In this document: piece by piece, positions 55,263 through 64,000 of the stretch
Layout: each line of letters begins with the position of its first letter
How positions within the stretch are numbered: the stretch's first letter is position 1
Source of the DNA: an uncultured Hormoscilla sp.
Lineage (GTDB): Bacteria > Cyanobacteriota > Cyanobacteriia > Cyanobacteriales > Desertifilaceae
Length of the DNA: 64,000 nt
Assembly: GCA_963921275.4 (NCBI GenBank)
Contig: OZ001293.3
Location: 6,784,001 to 6,848,000 of the forward strand
Reading direction: 5' to 3'
Program-made: the position numbers and the translations under genes
The notes under the pieces: model-generated
The model's input: the letters and a program-made list of their open reading frames with translations, nothing else
What the model was told of the DNA's origin: nothing
The model's database searches: none

Positions 55263-56297
55263 ATGCGCCCTAGTTTAGCTATAACTATGGGAGACCCGGC
55301 GGGTATTGGACCAGAGGTGATTCTCAAAGCCTTGGCCGACCCGAGAGTGACTGATAATTGCCAGGTGACGGTGGTAGGATCGGCCTCGGTGTTGCAGGAG
55401 ACTTACAACCGCCTGGCAGATCTGGGAGCACCCCTGGCCTCGCCAGACCAGTTTGCCCTCTTAGATCTGCCTGCTGATGGGAAAATCACTCCTGGCCTCG
55501 GAAATGCTGCCAGTGGGGCGGCTAGTTTTGCTTATCTGGAGACGGCGATCGCCCGGACTCTGGCTGGCCAGTTCCAAGCGATCGTGACGGGCCCGATCGC
55601 CAAGTCAGCTTGGAAAGCAGCTGGACATGATTATCCGGGTCAAACGGAACTGCTAGCGGACCGCGCGGGGGTGGATAATTTTGCCATGCTGTTCGCGGCC
55701 CGATCGCCCTACAATGGCTGGACTCCGATCGTGCTGCTAGCCACTACCCACATTCCCCTGCGCCAGGTGCCTGACGCCTTGACTCCGGCCTTGCTGAGTA
55801 GTAAGCTGGACTTGCTGGTTGATTGTTTGCGCTTTGATTTTGGGATCGATCGTCCCCGCATTGCTATTGCCGGTTTGAACCCCCACAGCGGCGAACAGGG
55901 ACAGTTAGGACTCGAAGAGCAAGATTGGTTAATTCCCTGGATCGAACAGCAGCGTCAGAACTGGCAAATAGTCATAGAAGGACCGGTGCCACCGGATACT
56001 CTCTGGGTTAAACCCGCCCAGGCGTGGTATCGCACCGTTCCGGAAAAATCGGACCGAAATTTTTCTGTTCCCGATGCCTATTTAGCACTGTACCACGATC
56101 AAGGTTTGATACCAGTGAAAATGCTGGCCTTCGATCGGGCAGTCAACACATCTATTGGTTTGCCGTTTGTGAGAACATCTCCCGACCACGGTACTGCCTT
56201 CGATATTGCGGGTAAAGGAGTAGCAAATGCTACTAGTATGAAAGCAGCTCTACAAGTAGCTACTGAGTTGGCATACCAGAAAAATGTCAAAATTTAA
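55263..56297 (+). CDS. pdxA: 4-hydroxythreonine-4-phosphate dehydrogenase
   Basis: [22 protein letters not shown] and [14 protein letters not shown] motifs; type A element at 56033-56047. Confidence 0.98.
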   Translation: MRPSLAITMGDPAGIGPEVILKALADPRVTDNCQVTVVGSASVLQETYNRLADLGAPLASPDQFALLDLPADGKITPGLGNAASGAASFAYLETAIARTLAGQFQAIVTGPIAKSAWKAAGHDYPGQTELLADRAGVDNFAMLFAARSPYNGWTPIVLLATTHIPLRQVPDALTPALLSSKLDLLVDCLRFDFGIDRPRIAIAGLNPHSGEQGQLGLEEQDWLIPWIEQQRQNWQIVIEGPVPPDTLWVKPAQAWYRTVPEKSDRNFSVPDAYLALYHDQGLIPVKMLAFDRAVNTSIGLPFVRTSPDHGTAFDIAGKGVANATSMKAALQVATELAYQKNVKI

Positions 56298-56454
56298 TGA
56301 GTTTTTTAATGATTATTAACAAAAATTGAGGGTAGATAGGGTCACAATGGAAAAAGTTCCGTATAGCTGGATACCAAATCCTGGCCACATTAACTGGTTC
56401 TAATCGGGCCATCTAACTCAAGCAGCGTCAGAAGAGAAAATCATGAGGGTGAAT

Positions 56455-56676
56455 ATGCTACAGTCTATCCAATACTCCCTGTCCGTCATCCAAGACGAAT
56501 CTCGCGAACTGGTACAACGGGGGGAAATCTCTCGTCAGCAGCCTATTTACGTGCTGTGTAAATACATTCCGGCTCGTGAATGGAGTTATGTCGAGCTTGA
56601 ACTAGAAAGCAACGAATATCTACTCAGAGATCGCATAGGCGACTTGCTGGGACGAGAAAAATGGGAAAATGACTAA
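56455..56676 (+). CDS. DUF4327 family protein
   Basis: RQQPIYVLCKYIPAREW and LLRDRIGDL motifs. Confidence 0.88.
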   Translation: MLQSIQYSLSVIQDESRELVQRGEISRQQPIYVLCKYIPAREWSYVELELESNEYLLRDRIGDLLGREKWEND

Positions 56677-56775
56677 AATATGGACAGCGGTTGGGCTCCG
56701 CCAGAGGGGTGAGGTAGGTAAGAAAGATCGCCTTACGCTCTGTGGCGGAGCCTCTGCTTGTTTACTATAGATTGT

Positions 56776-56806
56776 AACAGGCAAGGGGTCTGACCCCTTG
56801 CCTGTT
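56776..56806. terminator. Palindromic hairpin between convergent genes
   Basis: AACAGGCAAGGGGTC-T-GACCCCTTGCCTGTT. Confidence 0.6.
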
Positions 56807-56810
56807 CGGG

Positions 56811-57206
56811 CTATGGGGAAGAATCTGATTCGGACTCCCGCAGTTTCTCTAACTCCTCCCGCAGAGCGATGATGTGAGCTGTTAGTTCCTGTAACTCCTG
56901 TTGGATGTCTGCCTCAGCAGTTGGGGTCGCTGTGGTGGTGGCACTGCTGGGGTCGGAGGTACTTGAAGTTGACTGTGTGTCTTGTCTGGAGATCAGATTA
57001 TCAACGAAGCTGCGGGCTTCTTGTTCGGTGACTTCTCCTTTTTCGGCCCACTCCTCGGTCAGCTGACCGAAATCAGTTTGCATTTTTGTCCAGTTCTCGT
57101 CTCTCTTCTGGGGGTCTTGCAAGGACTCCACCAGGGCCGTGGTCGCGCCTAGGGAGACGCGGAAGCTTTTTTGCATTAGGTCAAACAGGTTGTTATCGGA
57201 ACTCAT
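56811..57206 (-). CDS. Conserved cyanobacterial coiled-coil hypothetical protein
   Basis: FRVSLGAT and KGEVTEQEARSFVD motifs. Confidence 0.85.
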   Translation of the reverse strand: MSSDNNLFDLMQKSFRVSLGATTALVESLQDPQKRDENWTKMQTDFGQLTEEWAEKGEVTEQEARSFVDNLISRQDTQSTSSTSDPSSATTTATPTAEADIQQELQELTAHIIALREELEKLRESESDSSP

Positions 57207-57283
57207 CTTTTGCGCTTAATCCGTCCATCGCCCTGATTGTACTCTAATAATCATTTGCTCGCTACCGCAGCGACGACAACACC

Positions 57284-57409
57284 ATGAATGATCAGTCAAA
57301 TTTGCTCGACATTGAAGAATTCACCATGAATAGTCAGCAAAATTTGCTCGGCCTTGAGGAATTCATCATGAATAGTCAGTAAAATTTGCTCAAGCTTGAG
57401 GGAAAAAAC
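57284..57409 (+). repeat. 42-bp imperfect tandem repeat x3
   Basis: Units start ATGAAT at 57284, 57326 and 57368. Confidence 0.85.
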
Positions 57410-57667
57410 ATGCCTCAACCCAACCTACATTTTAGGAATTTAAGAAGTCTAAATGCTGGCCGGGAATCTGACGGAATTCCTCCGGACAACCAGTTGAATA
57501 AAGTATCGGTAGGTTGGGTGGAGTGAAACGGAACCCAACTACAATTTTATTTAACTGGTACTCGATTTTTGTGCATGTTCCTAAGTGTTTGGCTCGCAAA
57601 TGCAGGTAAAAATTTATATTCCGTTAGGTATAGGTATATAACTTGACTGAACTAGGGAGCTAATCTG

Positions 57668-60600
57668 ATGTTATCTATTGATTTTGATAGTTATCTCAAG
57701 TCGATTCAAAAAAATCTAGAAAAAGGAAGCGAACGCACCCACTATCCGGCGTTAAAGGATTTGCTGGACGCAGGGGCGTCGGGGATTGATGCGGCGATCG
57801 AGGAAAAGGGCAATAAGGCAGGGATTCCCGATTTTACAGTGAAGCGGCGGGAGTTGCTGGTGGGTTATGTGGAGGCGAAGGATGTGGGATTGGATTTGGA
57901 TGTGGTGGAGAAGACGGAACAGCTTAAACGCTATCGGGAGGCTTTCTCTAATTTGGTTTTGACTAATTATTTGGAGTTTCGCTGGTATGTGGATGGTAAG
58001 TGCAGACTTAAGGAGGTTTTGGCCGATCGCCACGGGAATAAGTTAGAACTTTTAGAGGTAGATAAGGTTGCGGTGCTGTTAGAGCAGTTTCTCAATTTCA
58101 CGGGGGAGGTGGTGAGAAACCCTCTTGAGTTGGCGCGGCAGATGGCGAGGTTAACAAAAGCGATCCGGTTGGCAACGGTGCCTTGGAAGAGGAGTCCTCC
58201 GATGGGGAGTTGCGTCAACTCAAGCAGGGTTTTAGCGAGGTGTTGCTGCCGGATATCGCCGATGGGGAGTTTGCGGATATGTACGCTCAGACTATTTCTT
58301 ATGGGTTGTTTGCGGCGAGGGTGGGTCACGCGCAAGCTGCGGGGGGCGATCGCTTTACTCGGCGGACGGCGGGGACTTATATTCCGGCGACTAATCCTTT
58401 TTTGCGGCGGTTGTTTAATACGATTGTGGAAACTGACGCGATTAGTCAAATTGATTGGGCGGTTGATGACTTGGTGCAGTTGCTTTCCCAGGTGGATATG
58501 GGGGGCATCTTGGAGAACTTTGGACAGCGGACTCGCCAGGAAGATCCGGTAGTGCATTTTTACGAGACGTTTTTGGGGGCTTATAATGCGGCTTTGCGCA
58601 AGAGTCGGGGGGTTTATTATACGCCGGAACCGGTGGTGTCCTTTATCGTGCGATCGGTGGATGCTATTTTAAGGGAGCGTTTCGACCTGCCGTTGGGTTT
58701 GGCGGATAATGCTAAGGACTCTACTACCCAAAAGCCAAGGGTACAAATTCTGGATCCGGCCACGGGAACGGGGACTTTTCTTTATGAAGTGGTTAAGCAG
58801 ATTTATGGTAATTTGGAAAAGATGGGTTTGGCGAATCAGTGGGATAGTTATGTCGAGGAGCATTTGTTGGGGCGGTTGTTTGGTTTTGAGTTGTTGATGG
58901 CTCCTTATGCGATCGCTCATTTGAAATTAGGTCTCCAGTTGCAGGAGTTGGGCTATCGGTTTAAGGGGAAGCAGCGTTTGGAAGTATATCTGACTAATAC
59001 TCTGGATGAGGCGATGAAAAAGTCGGAGGTTTTGTTCGGTCAGTTTGTGGCCCAGGAGGCTAACGAGGCGGCGGCAATAAAACGTGATGTGCCAGTGATG
59101 GTGGTTTTGGGTAATCCTCCTTATTCGGTGAGTTCTTTAAATGCCAGCAAACGCAAGCGTAAAGCGAGTAAAGGAGAACAATATTTGGCGGATGTTAAGT
59201 TTACGGGGAAGGAGTGGAATCTAATTTTTAAGACGGCGAGTAAGGATATGACGGTTACGGAGTTGACCCATATCGGAGAGTTGTTAGAACGATATAAGGG
59301 GCGGGTGCGTTTGGAGGGTGAAAAAAATATTCAGCCTTTGGACGATGACTATATTAAATTTATTCGTTTCGCTCACTACCAAATCGAACGGACGGGGTAT
59401 GGTGTTATTGGATTTATTACTAACCATTCTTATTTAAACGGTCTCATCCACCGGGGAATGCGAGAAGAGTTAATTAAAACTTTCGATAAGATTTATGTTA
59501 TGGATTTGCACGGCAATTCTTTATTAAAGGAGACTTGTCCTGATGGTTCCCCGGATAAAAATGTTTTTGATATTCAACAGGGGGTGGCGATTTTAATAGC
59601 TGTTAAGGAGAAAAATTTAGGGAAAAACGGTTCGCCTGCCGAGGTTTTTTATTACGATTTGTGGGGAAGTCGTCGCGATAAATACGAGTTTTTAAATCAA
59701 GTAGATATCGAAAGCGTAGCTTGAAATAAATTAAAGCCTGTAGAGCCTAACTTTTTTTTCCCTCTCGAAAACAATTCAAAAAATATTAAAGAGTACGAAC
59801 AATGGTCGTCTGTTGCTCAGATTTTTATAAGTTATTCTACGGGGTTTGAGACTGGATGCGATCGCCATTTAATTGCATTTGAAAGAGACAAAGTTGACGA
59901 ATTTATTAAAGTTTTGTTAGATGCTAAAGTTCCCGACGATAAAATTGAGAGTTTGTACGGTATGAAAAGCACTAGCGGTTGGCCTCTTGCCCGAAGACGT
60001 TTACAGCTTATAAAGGATGGATTTCAAGAAGACTGCTTGCTACTAATCAGCTATCGACCTTTTGATAATCGCTACAGTTACTACAACAATTTTATTCGAC
60101 GGGCGCAATTAAAAAATCTAAGGCATTTATGTCAACCAAACTTAGCTTTAATTACTTCCAGAATTATTAAGGGAGAAACACCAAATCACTGTTTTTTGAC
60201 GACAACCCCTACAGACAGAGTTTTGCTATCTCCCACAACATCTAATAACGCTTTTGTTTTTCCCCTTTACCTTTACCCCGACACGCAAAACCAACAAGGT
60301 AATCTATTTGTTGAAAGATATCCTAACCTCTCTTCAGATTTCCTGACAGCCATTCGAGAAAAACTCGGCTACATTCCCACTCCAGAAGCAATCTTCTATT
60401 ATATCTATGCCATTTTCCACAGTCCCACCTACCGCCAACGTTACGCCGAATTTCTCAAAATAGACTTTCCCCGCGTACCCCTAACCGCTAACAACAAACT
60501 ATTTAACGCCTTGGGAGCAAAAGGCGAGGAATTAGTAGAGTTACACTTGATGAAATCGAAAAAACTCAACAAACTAATTACCAAAATCAGCGGGGAGAGC

Positions 60601-60876
60601 GATAATGCCGTTACTAAGATCACTTATCAACCAAAAGAACAGCGAGTTTACATCAACAAAACCCGCTATTTTGAAGGCATCGCCCCGGAAGTTTGGGAAT
60701 TTAAAATTGGTGGTTATCAGGTTTTATCCAAATGGTTTACAGACCGCAAAAAAGCTCAACGCACTTTATCATTTGACGATGTGTTACACTATCAAAGGGT
60801 TGTAGTCGCCCTTAAGGAAACTAGGGAATTGATGTTAGAAATAGATGGACTGATTCCCGGTTTTCCTCTTGAGTAG
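57668..60876 (+). pseudogene. Type ISP-like/IIG restriction-modification enzyme (nuclease, m6A MTase, TRD; no helicase)
   Basis: PDF..GYVEAK, GVYYTP, DPATGTG, GNPPY and DFPRVP motifs; frameshift near 58180 and TGA at 59722-59724. Confidence 0.92.
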
Positions 60877-61088
60877 GATTTCTCTAGCAATCCTAAATGA
60901 TTTGTGGTAAGTTTCAGAGAACACCAGGTTCTACCTGGTAACGAGGGTGATTTACATTTTAGGGATTTAAAAAGTCTAAATGCGGCCCGGGAAGTTGACG
61001 TAATTCCTCTGTCCAACCAGTTAGTTGCAATTGCCCTTTCTCCAGCATGATAATAAAATCTGCTCGCCCGATCGCCCGGTAACGGTGG

Positions 61089-61442
61089 CTAATTATAATT
61101 GTGGTTTGGGATTTTCTGTGGGATAATATTATCTAATACTTCTGCTTCTATGATGGGGTCGAGGGCAGCGGTGGATTCATCTAAGATCAGGATGGCCCCT
61201 AAGACTATTTGGGCCCGGGTTTTCTGCTGCAAGGTGGGCAGAAATAGTAAGTTGACTGCGGCGATCAGCAAAAAGGCCATCAGAAAGGCGATGGTGAGTT
61301 GCAAACTGTAGAATATCATGACTCCGAGTGAGGCGATCGCGATAAAAAATTGGCTGGGGACGCCGAGGACAATTGGGGTCACGAAGGCGTTGATGGCATT
61401 AACATCGGCGATGCGGGAAACTACTTCGCCACTGCGACGGGC
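61089..61442 (-). pseudogene. Internally deleted peptidase-domain ABC exporter remnant
   Basis: SRRSGEVVSRIADV TM-domain piece joined directly to Walker B ILILDESTAALD. Confidence 0.75.
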
Positions 61443-61613
61443 TTAATCCTAATTTTAATCTTTGCCCAAAGTGACCGATGAGGTGCGATTGGACGATGGC
61501 GATCGCACTTTGAAAGAGGTTCATGATTCAGAAGCATTTTGAAGAAAACCCTTACATGAGGTTTTGAGCAACTGTTATCGAAGCATCTGCGTCAAAGTCA
61601 CATGACCAGTATA

Positions 61614-61880
61614 TTTAGTTGCGTGACTCTGCGTTTTAGTTGCGTGACTCTGCGTTTTAGTTGCGTGACTCTGCGTTTTAGTTGCGTGACTCTGCGTTTT
61701 AGTTGCGTGACTCTGCGTTTTAGTTGCGTGACTCTGCGTTTTAGTTGCGTGACTCTGCGTTTTAGTTGCGTGACTTTGCCATAGAGTCACAATACTTTAT
61801 TATAGAGTCACGTGACGAACCCCTCACTTAATATTACTTTGCCATAGAGTCCCGCTACTTTGTCATAGAGTCACGTGACT
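61614..61880. repeat. 21-bp tandem repeat (TTTAGTTGCGTGACTCTGCGT) x7.7, plus four ACTTTGCCATAGAGTCAC-type units
   Basis: Direct inspection; no spacers between units. Confidence 0.93.
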
Positions 61881-62252
61881 AATGCCCATTTCTGAGGCGA
61901 TCGCAGATGCTTTACTATCTTAAGTAGGAAAATCTAGGTTTGTAGTAAGCGCAGTTGACCCTGTTCCCTTGGCTGCTGTCGCCACAGCATAATTAGCCCC
62001 GGTTTTCTGCACCATTTTTTGATTATCACAAACCCATGTTGGCTTTTGTCAACAGAATTTAACAATACTTAATATTTTTCCATGGGAGCGTCTATGCTAT
62101 ATTGGTTTTTGCGGCCATTTACCTCTTGCTGAAAACGAGTTCAACCATCCCCGACAATAACCTAGGCCGCAGATAAATCCAATAGTTTCTCTTTCGATCG
62201 TAATTTTATCACTTGTAACAAGCAAATTGGGCGATCGCCACCCGATATTAGC

Positions 62253-62481
62253 TTACATTTGTCGAGACTGCAACCAAGTCACCAAATCAGCTACAGAAGA
62301 GATATACAAAAATGCCTCTCCCAAATCCTCCAACTGAGTAATCGATAGCTGTTCAATGCGCTGTTGCAAATTCTCCTCAAGGGTACCGAAGCGGTGATTT
62401 AGTAGGCTCGTAACTATCGCTAGTGTTTCTTGCTGCATTCCTTTTTGGATGATGTCGGGAGTAAATCACTGATTCGAGCAT
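62253..62481 (-). pseudogene. Standalone DUF4351 (Rpn C-terminal) module; frameshift after MLESVIY; a 61-aa ORF from 62438 is intact
   Basis: LNHRFG..QLEDLGEAFL motifs. Confidence 0.75.
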
Positions 62482-62553
62482 AATTACCTCACTTGTAGCA
62501 TTGTAGCTTGTAGCAAGCAAGGTGGGCAATGCCCACCCGTTTCTAGCTTTAGC

Positions 62554-63414
62554 TTACATCTGCCGTTCCCGTAACCAATTCACCAAATTAGTCACCGAAG
62601 AGAAATCCAACAATGCCTCTCCCAAATCCTCCAACTGAGTAGTGGGTAGCTGTTCAATTCGCTGTTGCAAATTCTCGTCAATGGTACCGAAACGCCGAGT
62701 CAGTTGGCGCGTAACCATCCCTAGTACCCCTTCCTGCTTTCCTTTCTGCATTTTTTTTTGGATGATGTCCTGGTAAATCACTGATTCCTGCATAATTTCC
62801 TCCCGGAAAAAATTACGAATTACATCTTTCTTAAACCTCAATCCTGCTAGAATCTGAGTACAAGCTGAAATTTCGTCTCGTTCCGCAGGTTCTTCTATCT
62901 TACTCACCTACTCGGCTACCTGACTGAGCCTCACCTGCTCGGCTACCTGACTGAGCAATGCGGAACTATTCTCCGTCGCGGCCAATGTCGCCAGTGGTAA
63001 TAACGCCGGCTCTTGCAACAAGAGTTCAGGTGATTCCTCCCAAATGCGGATTACCTTATACTCGTGTTGAGTCGATTCTAGCTTAAACTGATTCTCAAAA
63101 ACCGCCGGATTGGTTGTTGGTTTCAGCCAAATTACCACCTGGGTAATGGGCAGCTCGTAGTCCCAATACAGCCGTACCCAATAGTTTAGCATCCGCAGTG
63201 GCATGGGTTTCCTTTTGGGCAACTGTATCTGAAATTCCAGATGAAATATCCGGTCGGCGGTGCGTAAAAATGTCACCGAGTCGGCCCGAATTGGCTCCAT
63301 GGTTAATTCGGTTTTCAATACTTCTACATTCCTTGTCCGTTGTCCGTATATCCAAGTGGAAAAGGCGTCCGGGTATTTCTCGCACAGATATTTACATAAA
63401 TTGTCATAGGGCAT
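62554..63414 (-). pseudogene. Rpn family (recombination-promoting nuclease) protein with DUF4351 and a nonsense codon
   Basis: YDNLCKYL, EPIRADS and HLEFQ motifs; 27-bp duplication with CAG>TAG at 62908-62910. Confidence 0.88.
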
Positions 63415-63579
63415 GGGAGTTTTTTGTTTTTTATCTTGTTCCGCTATATTAATATTATCACAAATAATTTGTTGTAAATAAACTATGTTCGACGAATTTC
63501 ATCCAGAATTTATTCCCTCGGCTACTCCAGAGTAATTATTCCCCCTCATTAACAACTGGACTACTCTCGAAGGTCACCA

Positions 63580-63787
63580 TCAAGTCACCAAATCAGCTAC
63601 AGAATATCAATTCAAAAATGCCTCTCCCAAATCCTCCAACTGAGTAATCGATAGCTGTTCAATGCGCTGTTGCAAATTCTCGTCAAGGGTACCGAAGCGG
63701 TGATTCAGTAGGCTCGTAACTATCGCTAGTGCCTCTTGCTGCATTCCTTTTTGGATGATGTCAGGAGTAAATCACTGATTCGAGCAT
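63580..63787 (-). pseudogene. Second standalone DUF4351 module, degraded
   Basis: Near-identical to 62253-62481. Confidence 0.75.
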
Positions 63788-63859
63788 ACTTACCTCACTT
63801 GTAGCATTGTAGCTTGTAGCAAGCAAGGTGGGCAATGCCCACCCGTTCCTAGCTTTAGC

Positions 63860-64000
63860 TTACATCTGCCGTTCCCGTAACCAATTCACCAAATTAGTCA
63901 CCGAAGAGAAATCCAACAATGCCTCTCCCAAATCCTCCAACTGAGTAGTCGGTAGCTGTTGAATACGCTGTTGCAAATTCTCCTCAAGCGTACCTAATCG
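63860..64000 (-). CDS. 3' end of another Rpn/DUF4351 gene (extends beyond the window)
   Basis: Near-identical to 62554-62700. Confidence 0.75.
   Translation of the reverse strand, partial: RLGTLEENLQQRIQQLPTTQLEDLGEALLDFSSVTNLVNWLRERQM

Noticed and set aside
59722..59724. Selenocysteine or programmed readthrough at the TGA
   Set aside because: The context fits a TGG>TGA mutation, the gene also has a frameshift, and no SECIS-like signal was seen.

Overview
A 64 kb segment of a cyanobacterial chromosome, identified by dense HIP1 GCGATCGC sites, heptamer STRRs and cyanobacterial gene content; an Oscillatoriales-like host is inferred. Intact core genes: groEL 3' end, ctaCDE, ftrC-sufBCDS, tRNA-Leu(CAG)-trmH-like, lpdA-trpC, class V aminotransferase, probable 6S RNA, nblR-nadK-ycf39, smtB-like and pdxA. 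Between them lie about 20 decaying accessory genes: two Type ISP-like restriction-modification genes, a LodA/LodB-AGE epimerase-DJ-1-ferritin-AAA island, toxin-antitoxin pairs, Rpn/DUF4351, a GH31 and an ankyrin protein. Mobile DNA occurs at every scale: dead IS1 and IS5 copies, IS1-derived MITEs nested in each other, and an ORF-less group II intron in one R-M gene. The most unusual signal is a set of very small hairpin elements (15, 24 and 54 nt, all multiples of 3). They sit in frame inside working genes (ctaC, lpdA, trpC, pdxA, smtB-like) and inside pseudogenes. The 15- and 24-nt types almost all lie immediately 5' of ATC in GATC/HIP1-like targets, and variants show compensatory stem changes. 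All calls are by eye, without database searches. Single-base frameshifts could be assembly errors.
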